Positions 51,985-61,967 of a stretch of DNA of 64,000 nt are shown here, in pieces. How positions within the stretch are numbered: the first letter of the stretch is position 1; the number at the start of each line of letters is the position of its first letter. The translations under genes were made by a program, and so were the position numbers. The stretch spans positions 248,001-312,000 of the forward strand of contig CAJFCJ010000002.1 of assembly GCA_904063045.1 (NCBI GenBank), in the 5' to 3' direction. The notes beneath the pieces were generated by a model. It was given only the letters and a program-made list of their open reading frames with translations. It had not been told where the DNA came from and searched no databases. This stretch comes from Dimorphilus gyrociliatus (taxonomy: Eukaryota > Animalia > Annelida).

Positions 51985-52257
51985 TGATTAAACTAAAAAA
52001 AGTATACTAGAAGAAAAGAAACAAATCATCTTATATAATAATAACAGTTAAAACTGGAAAAAAATACGAAGATATCTCTCACGTGAAAATAGTATGGTTG
52101 CAAAGTCCGACTGTCTGTTTACTGTTTTCAATCTTAACTAGTAACCCGTATCCACATAGTGTTAAAAATATACTGCAAACGTACAGTGATAAGTGCTGTT
52201 GCTGTTGTTGAAAATCGGCGAAAATGCGGATATAGACGTCCAAAAAAAGAGTCAAAT

Positions 52258-55200
52258 ATGGCGATAGAACCGAGATCGAATCCGCTATGGAAGCGTAGCG
52301 ATCAATTAACGAAATGGCGATTATCAGAGATGGCTAAGGAATCGGATAGGTTCCACGCATCTGAAAAAGTTCACTTCGATAGAGATTGCGTTTTTATAGC
52401 CTGCTGCGCTGAGGCGAACATAAAGGAGGTTGAACTTCTGTTGGACAATGGCGCTAATATTCATGCAACTAATACGGATGGATTAACAGCTCTGCATCAA
52501 GCTTGTATAGACAATAATTCGGTCATGGTAGAGTTTCTTCTTAAACGAAGAGCAAACGTAAGTGCGGCCGATAACGAAGGTTGGACGCCGTTACACGCAA
52601 CAGCTAGTCAAGGATATACAGAAATCGCTAGGATTCTTATCGCTAATGGAGCCGATATTAGGGCGGTAAACTGTGATAACGAATTACCATTCGATCTGAG
52701 CGAATCGGAAGAGATGGATGAACTGTTAGAGGAGGAAATGCGTAAAATCAACATGAATATTGAAATTGCGAGAAATGTTGAAGAAAACTTAATGATAGAA
52801 GATGCCACTCGATGGTTGAAACAGGGTAAAATAGAGGAGTTGATTGACCCTCAAACGGGGGCAACTAGTCTTCACGTAGCTGCCTCAAAAGGTTATACAG
52901 AAGTTTTACGTTTACTTTTGAAAGCTGGTGCGGACGTAAACGCCCAGGATTATGACGGTTGGACCCCAGCTCATGCAGCAGGTTAGTCTAAAGAGCGTGT
53001 TAGGAGGGAGCCTATACGCAAAATGCTAGAGATGTTGATATTTGAGTAGTAAGCCGGCCAGATGCTAACCGCCTCTTAACATTATTCTCGGTAGGCAAAA
53101 GTATATATCGTGCCTAGAGTGAAATTATATCGGAGAGCATGATAGAATGCTCGTCTATTGACTTTATTGATTCGATCAGGAGCGGTGGCGGCCGTGCGAG
53201 ATCTCTAAGTATCGTTAGAGAATTTACTTTTTGAAAGAAATGCTAAGGGCATTCACTACAGACTTTACGCAAATGTTTGCTGAAAGATTTCGGCGCGCGC
53301 CTGTACGTTAGTGTTGTAAAAAGGAGATGTTACCATTAATCTCTCCAATTATTATTCATATGCCGCTTCCGTTAGAGGCTTTTTCCTATAAGTTTTTTTA
53401 ATCTCGTTTTTAAATCATTATTCTCTTTAATTCGACTTGAGATTAAACATAAATCATATATGAACAGAGATTAAATTATTAAAGCGAAGCTGTACCAATA
53501 TTGAGTAGGGCAACTCCAATCGATCAGACAACTATGGCACGTGTTTAACACTCCTATTTGTTTTCTAAAAACACGGCCCAACAGTTCTAATATTAATAAA
53601 GTCTTTCTTTCCAAACCTCTACAGCACATTGGGATCAGAAGGAAGCTCTGACTGTCCTCGTTATGGAAGGTCTGTGTGACTTAGAAGCCCTCAATAGCTA
53701 CAATCAAACCCCTGAAGATGTTTGTGAATCTAAGCTATTAACATATTTGGAGGAGTTAAAGACAAGACAAAAGCTGAAATCCGCTGCTGAAAATCTTGTA
53801 ATCGAAAGTGTAAAGACGAATAGACAACGTCGGACATCAATTACTAGGCTATCAGCTGACCAAAAGCAGAATCTCAAGAAATCAGTTATTGAAGAAGGCG
53901 AAGTCTTTAGACGTTTGACCTCGCCTGATCATATCAAAAATGAAGAACAAGAACCTGTCGAAAAAGTGAGGAAAGTTGATGAAGAGTCGGAAGAAAATAA
54001 GGAAAATGAAAAGCAAAACGCTGATCTGGAACATATAACCAACAATAAATCGGATGCAATTACAGATTTACCCACGATAAAACCTCGATTGCATGGATTA
54101 TTGCGGAAAGCTGATAGTCTCCCATCTACTGAAGCAACTGAAACGAAAGAATCCCCTCCGAAAACATATAGATCCTTCTCTAATTCTTCTGTTGAAGACA
54201 CAAAGGAGCGATGGAATAATAAAATGTTCGGCCATTCTCAAATAGGTCTTTCTGCGCTTCGAGGAGCCAATGCACAAAGATATATACCTGAATCACAAAA
54301 TTTTGAAAGTAGTAGACCCATAGAAGAAATTAGATCCTCACAAGGTGATAGCGAGACTAAAGAAGCGGAAAAAGATAGTGAAAAAGATGAGGCAGAAGAT
54401 ACCATAAAAGATATCACAAGATCAAAAAATGATTCAAAATCTACTGGCGACACAGATACAAGTGAAAGCAGGGATTCGAGACCTTGCAGTCTCTTTGCCC
54501 CTGCCAGCAACGAAGCTGAAATAGTCAGGAAAATTGCTTCAAAGACTGCAAGAAAGACAAGAAGGTCCACTCAAGGTGTATCGAGGGAAGATGTGCAATT
54601 AGCTGAAAAAGCTTTGGAAGAAGCCGCTAAGAAAAAATCTCAAAACCACAGTCTAGCTATAACATCTGTACGTGAGGAAAATCAACAAAAAGCGTCTGAG
54701 GAAAAGAAAACAACCGATACTGATAAGACGGAGGAAACAAAGGACGACAGTGATAAGAAATCTCATACTAAACTTTCAGTGTTCAACAGTAGTAGCACAA
54801 ACACCGATAAAGACGACAAGGTGGATTTGCCTACAACTACGTTTGACACAATCTCAACTAAATCAAGCCCCAAATTATCTTATACTTCCCAAACCGTTTC
54901 TCCTAACACAGATATTTCTGCATACCGATCTAAGTCATTTTCTTCACGAAGGCAGACAGAAGCAGAAGAAAAAAAGAATCTTGATACCGATTTTGAATTG
55001 CGCCACGAAAAACGTGATAGGGAACGACAGACAAGACGAGAACGAGCCCAGCGATTGGAGGAATCACTTAAAAGATCAGAAGAAATATTAAATAAATCGA
55101 AAGACATTGAAACTAATTATAGCAATAATTCTTATAGAGATTCAACAAGAATTCGACTAACTCCTGCTACAAGTTCTAATTCAACATCATTATATAATAA

Positions 55201-55714
55201 AGATTCGGATTTATACCCCTTAGATAGAACTGGGCTAATAGCATCTAATAGGAGGCGGCATTCAGCCAGAACTGCTGATCGTATAGCTGCTTTAGATGAT
55301 ACTACATCTACTTCCACAATTAGTTCATCGAACAAATCGAATGATTTACAGAATAATGTTAAAACGCTTGATGAAGAACATAAAAAAATATTGGAGGAAA
55401 ATGAAAAGTTGAAACGAGACTTGGAAAAAGCCAAAGCGGATACGAAAAAGGCAAAGGAGGAGGTGGAGGAGGCAAAAAATGAATTAGAAAGAAATCGAAA
55501 GTCAACAACAAATTATTACGACGCTTCTGAACGTAGAGAAAAACGAGCTTTAGAGAGGCGCGTGTCGGAACTTGAAGAAGAACTAAAGCAATTCGATCAT
55601 GTTAAAATTGAACTACAAAAAGTAAAAGAAGAAAATTCAGCTTTGATTCGAGTCATTTCAAAACTGTCGAAGGGAAATGAACAGTCTTGCGATCGTTATT
55701 GTACAAAATTATAA
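52258..55714 (+). CDS. PPP1R12A: Myosin phosphatase targeting subunit (MYPT1/Mbs), 2 exons (52258-52982, ~53625-55714)
   Basis: MyPho[10 protein letters not shown]; PP1-docking KVHF; ankyrin repeats; inhibitory site [10 protein letters not shown] (T696 equivalent); C-terminal [19 protein letters not shown]...[14 protein letters not shown] leucine zipper. Confidence 0.93.
52995..53305 (+). ncRNA. Candidate structured intronic RNA element (unassigned family) in the MYPT1 intron
   Basis: At least six hairpins plus a ~15-bp long-range helix found by eye; G-U pairs favour the + strand. No known family motif recognised. Confidence 0.35.
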
Positions 55715-56232
55715 AGAGAATAGTGTTTTGTGGCGCTTGATTTCTCTTTTTTTTTATTTTATCCAAAAGTGAGCATTTCTGACTGCGAAAAAACTTTAAT
55801 TTATTCGACAAACAGAATTTTATGCATTTTCCGTTCTTAAAATTCGTTTTTTATAGGCCTATGTACTAGATAACAATACCGGATGATTCGACTATCGTCA
55901 ACATGTTTCGGAGAAATATTTTCGTGTGTGCTGTCGTGCAATATATTTTCATATGTATAGTTTTTATTCGATTCTGTATATAGGTTTAGACCTAAGCCTT
56001 TCGTGTTCTTAAATCAATTTTATCATTGGGAAGATCTGTGAATAAATCTAATGCTATGGACTGTAGATGTCGCCAGTCGTCCGTCGTTCGTTTTTTAAAA
56101 TAAAAAGGCAATTATACTTGATATTTTTATGTTGTCTTATTTATACTCTTTGTATAAAGTAAAAAAAAAGTAAATTAATTTACATAAGGGATAGGCTGAA
56201 TTATATTGTTGATGTAGAAGTAGCCAAAAACT

Positions 56233-57636
56233 TTAGACGCTTGTGTCGTTTGTTTTCTGCAGGAGCGCCACTGTTGCATCACCTGCTTCTGAGCCAGTAT
56301 CCTTAGATCTTGCAATACTAACTGATTTGCGTGATGCATCATCGGCGGCTTCGTCGAAACCTTCTTGCTTAGCTATAATTTGCTCTCGAGATCTCGCATG
56401 AGTATAGAAAAGTGCAAAGTTATTAGATATTACAGGAACTGTTAAGGCCAAGAGAAGAACTCCGCTAAAGGCGCACATTGAACCGACAACACATCCAAAT
56501 CCAGTTTTTGGAAACATATCCCCATATCCAACAGTTGTCATAGTAATAATCGACCACCAAAAACCCAAAGGTATAGTTCTGAATTTCGTTTCACCTTCAA
56601 AGTGCAAAAGATCTTCTTTTGATTGACTGGGCCTTTCGGCGTAAAAGATAAGAGTAGAGAACACTAACATGGCTATAAATATGAATATTAAGAGCATAAG
56701 CAACTCCTGGATGGAAGCTCGTATAGCGTGAACTAAAATTTTAAGTGCCTTATAATGCTTAACCAAATGAAAAATTCGGAAGATTCTAACAATTCGCAAG
56801 ATGAAGATTGTTTCGATAACGGCACGATCATTCTTAAAACATTTATAATGATCGAGCCAATCTAAGACAATTTGAGCGTAAAGCGGCAGTAGAGCTAGAA
56901 TATCGATAATATTCATAGGAGATTTAAAAAATTCCAACTTATTAGGAGCGAAAACAACTCGAATTATTAGTTCCAGTGTAAAGAAAGCCGTACAGACATA
57001 ATCTACATATTCAAGGAGAGGATGGGTGGTATAAACTGCTACTCCTATATCAGACGTTCGGTTACAATGTGATTTTGAGTCATTTCTAACTTGTCTCATT
57101 TCCGGTAACGTTTCCAAACAAAAACCCATAATAGATGTGAGTACAAATATAAAAGACGTTACGGCATAAATAAGTGCCCATCGGCTAGATCTTGGATGAT
57201 CTAATAGCATCCAAATTCGAGCCTGAGTCCTTCTCCATCCAGCCAATCGATTAAAAGTGTCTAATTCTGCTTGTTCTTTTGCAACGCTTTGTGTGAAATC
57301 AGACAGTGTCTTCTGATTGTCAATGTATGAGCTATAGCTAATCCAACAACACGGTTCAATGAGACGTTCGTCTACTTGCCAATAATTTAATTCTCTTTTT
57401 ACTACGGCTCCACAGACATCCAAAGGAACATGAAGTTCACCACTTCTGTAATAATCCATTACAGTACTAAAGACACCAGGGTGACGATCAAAAAAATATT
57501 CTTTCTTCCTACACGTTCCATTTAAATGTTTCCTAGCCAATTGACATAAAGTTGTACCCGGTTTATTTAAAAGTGTATCAGCTAGTGTGTCATGTCTTGA
57601 ACCTCCAACATTGATCGATATAATTTCCATATCCAT
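56233..57636 (-). CDS. KCNC: Shaw/Kv3-type voltage-gated K+ channel subunit, intronless CDS (an upstream exon is possible)
   Basis: T1 domain INVGG, YFFDRHPGVF, and Zn motif H-x5-C-x20-CC; S1-S6; pore TMTTVGYGDMFP. The ORF-track extension to 57792 crosses an acceptor AG at 57638-39. Confidence 0.88.
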   Translation of the reverse strand: MDMEIISINVGGSRHDTLADTLLNKPGTTLCQLARKHLNGTCRKKEYFFDRHPGVFSTVMDYYRSGELHVPLDVCGAVVKRELNYWQVDERLIEPCCWISYSSYIDNQKTLSDFTQSVAKEQAELDTFNRLAGWRRTQARIWMLLDHPRSSRWALIYAVTSFIFVLTSIMGFCLETLPEMRQVRNDSKSHCNRTSDIGVAVYTTHPLLEYVDYVCTAFFTLELIIRVVFAPNKLEFFKSPMNIIDILALLPLYAQIVLDWLDHYKCFKNDRAVIETIFILRIVRIFRIFHLVKHYKALKILVHAIRASIQELLMLLIFIFIAMLVFSTLIFYAERPSQSKEDLLHFEGETKFRTIPLGFWWSIITMTTVGYGDMFPKTGFGCVVGSMCAFSGVLLLALTVPVISNNFALFYTHARSREQIIAKQEGFDEAADDASRKSVSIARSKDTGSEAGDATVALLQKTNDTSV

Positions 57637-58508
57637 ACTGAAAGTAAAATAGAAGAGCAATTTGATTCCACAAAAATATGTCGTTACAGAATTAGTATGC
57701 CAGCCGTTAGAATACTGAAAGACATCCGTTAATAAGTTTTGAATAAATTTCTGACTGTTATACTCTGTATCGTATGATAAATGACTGTGCAACTCTCATC
57801 AGTCAAACTGCAACACAGGGCTGCATTGCGCTATATATAGGCCTACTTGGAAACGTATAAAAGTATTTAGCAAAAAGATGGGAAGGTTATGCAAATATAA
57901 GTTTACTATCAACAAATATAAGAAGTGCTATCAATTATTTAAGTAAAAAAGAGAGAAAATTGTTACAAACGTCTGAATTCTCTCACCTCTGCGTCATTTC
58001 TGAGCTCTCAAAGTTTTATAGCCGACTGACTAAAGAAGGACGCCTATGACGTCAATTGGGAAATCTACGGGTTCTCAGTGATTCATTATGCATGATAGCG
58101 ATAAACAGGTTGATTGGAGGTCGATTTCAACAAGTTACTTCAATCCTTTAGTCCACTCTAAAGCAGAGAAAAACTAAGTAAAAACTGAGCATCCAAAAAA
58201 AAGAGTATATCCATGATAGTAGTTTAACGCCGAACTCATATAAAAGTCATTATTCTTTACAAAAACCAAACCCCATTTAAACGAAGATGTCATTAACAGA
58301 ATTTGTTCGTGGCGTCAAAAGCAATTCCAAGTTATGCTACCGATAGATGGCGTTCGTTAGAGCGTCTAAAAATATCTTTTGATAGGAGAAAGTCTTCATT
58401 ACGTATATGTTTTATTTATATACTGTATCTAATGTTTGTGTTGTATATTAATAATATCTATATTATTATTTAGGTTATTTATACCAGGTGTGAAATTATC
58501 AAAACCTT

Positions 58509-58560
58509 TATATATATATACAGTATATACAGTATGTATATACATATATATATATAGTAT
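58509..58560. repeat. (AT)n microsatellite
   Basis: Direct reading. Confidence 0.8.
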
Positions 58561-58765
58561 TATTCTTACAAATACAATCTTTTCAAAGCAAAAAGTGTAT
58601 GAATGAAATATCCTATAGACAATTTTTATTATTACTATGGTTTTTTTTTTTAAAAAACAAAGGATATCTACAGTATTTGTATCATAGACAATAAAGACGA
58701 GAATTTAAAATCGTGTGATTCTAATATATAGATAAATGGATGTTGTCATAGTTGGATTTTAAAAT

Positions 58766-61676
58766 ATGCTGGAATTTTCCATTCCTTTCCTAATATATTT
58801 TTTATATGGGTGAATAGGTTTACTTATTTCCTAGAAAAGTTTCTATAAAATTAACCGTACTAGTAGTATCAATCTTTGTTTAATGAGTTAACTTTAATAC
58901 ATTTTTCCCCCCTCCCTATTATTTTACTCTTTACTCCATTGTCTCTCCAATGCTAGTATGACTAACGGTGTTAGGATTGACGAAACTTATATAAGATATT
59001 CGTTCGTAGAACTGCCCTTAGGCCTAAGTTCAGCAAGAAAAGGCTTTGGAAAAAATTTTAGGTTGTCCGATTTCCAAAGAAATTTACCAAGAATAGATAA
59101 AAATATAAGACCAGGGTATTGGTCAAATGATGGTCGTCGAAGCAAAAAGACCTATGTTCAATGGTTTAAAGATTGGTATAGCTACTGTGAGAGAATTAGT
59201 AAGAATTTCGTTTTAATAGAATATTATAAAACACTTATAGAAATAGTATAATATCTTTCTATTATTAGGAAGAAACTCAGTTGAAAAAATATCAACATGC
59301 TTTTGGCTTAAAATAAAAGAAGCATTAATGAATTTCAGACAGGAACGAGATATTAAATCTCGTATAAAATCTGCTTACCGTAGACAATGGCGTCGTAGCT
59401 ATTTTCTCCTTGATAATGTAATTGCATCGTATTTTGCTAATTATATAGAATGCGATAAAACGAATGGTATTGTAATAACTAGATATCTCGAGAGAGATAT
59501 TCTAATATCTTAGTTAGATAATACGTATTACTTTTGAATAGGTATTTCTAAATGGTGCCCAAATCCTTGCGGATTAACTAAGGACGATAATCCATGTTTA
59601 CTAATCAATAACGTTCAAAGAACCGATAAGAATTGTGTGAAGACAAACAAGTAAGTTTATGTATTTTATCTTTTATCCGTAAAAGCTTTCTCCTAGAATT
59701 ATTATCATTTATAAGAGGGTTATTCGAGAATGATTTCTATTGTAAATGCGAATTTGGGTTTGAATGGGCAAGAAATGTTTCCAGATGCATTGAAATTAAT
59801 CTATGCAATCCTAGACAAGATTTTAAAACATGTCAACCAAATGGGACATTAAAATGTGTGAAAATTCAGACCGCGGACATTTTAGCTCGGTAGAAATCGT
59901 GATTTTTATATATAATGAATATTTCGTAAGTCAATAAGCACGACCCTTCTCCCTCCTATTTTAGGGATATCAAATGTGAATGCTTACCAGAATACGAAGG
60001 AGTTTTCTGTAACAAACCAAGAAACGCTTGTAACACTCAGCCAAATGGATACACTGCTAAGTACAAGGGAAATTTTCTATGCAGGGTTAAAACCACAGAT
60101 TCAACAATACAAGCTTTGAAAGGAGCAGCATGTATACCTCAAATTGGTTCTCCTAATTACGATTGTACCTGTCCAGAAGGTTTCTATTCAGATCCGTCGA
60201 TTAGATTACCGAATTGCTATAGTAATGAGAAGAATAAAATTTTGGAGTCGCCTAAATGTAATTTGGTGTGTAAGAAAGGATATTGCGCTTTAAATTCTTA
60301 CGGAATTCCTCAATGTATTTGTGCTAAAGGTATAAAGATGAGTCGTCGCTTATAGTATCTATATTATGCTCAAGTTCACTCTTTGTTTTCTATAGGATAC
60401 AGAGGTGAAGATTGCGGTTATAAAAATCCTCAATGGGAACAATGGGCGGAATGGTCTGCTACTTGTAAACCTTGTCAAAGACAAGACTTTCAAAAGAGAA
60501 TGAGGAGAAGAAGACATAACGGCATTGGAATTAATGATTACCCCCAAGTATTAACGAGAGAAGGCTTATGGGTTAAAGATACTAGAGATGTTGAATCAGA
60601 GAATTGTCCCCGCTATCCATGTATTATACATGGTAAGTGGGGAGAATGGCAAAAATGGAGTCAGTGCACGAAACGATGCCAAATTGGTCAAAAAACTAGT
60701 ATGAGGAGTTGCATTTTTGACATGAATGTCAAATATAGTTGTAAAGTTTACAAGGCCATTGATTGCATACCAGTAGTAAAGGGTTTACCGTGTAAAGGTC
60801 CTACATTTAGAGTTAATGTGTGCAATCTGAGACCGTGTAGAACTGGGGAAATTTCTGATGCCGTGGTAAGAGGTTCAAATCAGTATGGTAATTGGAGAAC
60901 GTGGTCTAAGTGTTCTGAAATTTGTGGCGAAGGCCTACGCATTAGAATGAGGGACTGTCCACTAGATTCCTGTTTCGGGACATCTTTCATGAGTGAAAAG
61001 TGTTTTAATAACGCCGGATGCCTTAAAAAGAAATCATTTGAGAATTGGCAATCTTGGAGTCTGTGCAATTATAAAACCTCTAAAGCTGTTGGTAATATGA
61101 CGAAGCAAAGGTGTTTCAGGCAAAGAGAGTGTAAACGCAAAGAAGGATGTGCAGGTATAAAACGATTTCACACAGACAATTAGATGTTCGAAGGGACTAT
61201 AGCAAGATTTAAGTAATAATTTTTTTGCAGGAGTTGCTAAAGTAGCGTCTCTCTGTGTTCTTAATTACTGTTTAGGGGATAGTGAAACATTTTACGTGTC
61301 AATGCTGTACGGAATTCGAGCTTTAAAAGCTTACAAGAAAAATGCTAACGCTAACGCAGGATTATATCCAGACTCAACCCAGCAATCAAAACCTCAAAAT
61401 GAAAATCGCATATTAATTTACATAGTAGTGATATCGAGTTTTATTGCGATATTGGTCCTGATTGGATTGTTTCTCCTTTTTAGAGAATTAATTTTTAACA
61501 AGCGCAAAGAGAAGATCTTCTCTGAAACTGAAAAAACTTTAATATTGGAGGGTCTTGCTCATCCGCCCGGTTATGGCCTAATAAGCCCCCTATCGAGTGA
61601 ATCTGCAGAGACAGAAGAGAAAGAGGAGAAGATGAAAAAGAAAAAAAAAAAAAAGAAAAGTAAGAAGAAAGACTAA
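58766..61676 (+). CDS. Orphan type I membrane protein: basic N-terminal domain, EGF-like repeats, 4-5 TSP1 repeats, TM, poly-Lys tail
   Basis: Signal-like exon MLEFSIPFLIYFLYG (58766-58809), then phase-compatible exons. CPNPC; FYCKCEFGFEW; CECLPEYEGVFC; TSP1 motifs WEQWAEWSATC, WGEWQKWSQC, WRTWSKCSEICG; TM ILIYIVVISSFIAILVLIGLFLLF. Confidence 0.78.
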
Positions 61677-61967
61677 ATATATTTTACACATACTTCCCTT
61701 TCAAACGTTAATTAACATGCAAAACTTTATTAAGGTTTTAATATAACTTATGCATTGAAATACAATAGATGCAATCAGATATGTAACAATATTAATCATA
61801 TGCAGCGTAAAAAGTCATAAAAGCATCTCTTGTTATAGATTAAAAAGGAAAATCACGCACATAGTCACAAATATAAATGTAGACGAGAAAAAAAAACAAT
61901 TAAAACCCCAAAAGCAAACCGAAATACTAGTTTATAATTATGTAAAATATAGAAGATTGAAATCATA

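Noticed and set aside
52983-53290. Minus-strand RNase P-like pair (AAAGTCTG ... TAGACTA) in the MYPT1 intron
   Set aside because: The CR-V-like part is just the antisense of the splice donor, the conserved As are missing, no P1 helix is evident, and G-U pairs favour the + strand.
53292-53305. GGCGCGCGCCTGTA, resembling the SRP/Alu 5' domain; also weak U3 box B/C and 18S-like snippets nearby
   Set aside because: Short isolated matches without the rest of the SRP, U3 or rRNA sequence or structure.
53665-53674. GGAAGGTCTG, identical to the vertebrate RNase P RNA CR-I core
   Set aside because: Lies in MYPT1 coding sequence (MEGLC); no matching CR-V or P4 partner in register downstream.
53929-55434. 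Several ORFs antisense or frameshifted to MYPT1 exon 2
   Set aside because: Shadows of a charged low-complexity CDS; no domain signal.
57637-57792. ORF-track N-terminal extension of Kv3
   Set aside because: Starts at a non-ATG codon and crosses a polypyrimidine tract and AG acceptor immediately before the MDMEII start; probably intronic.
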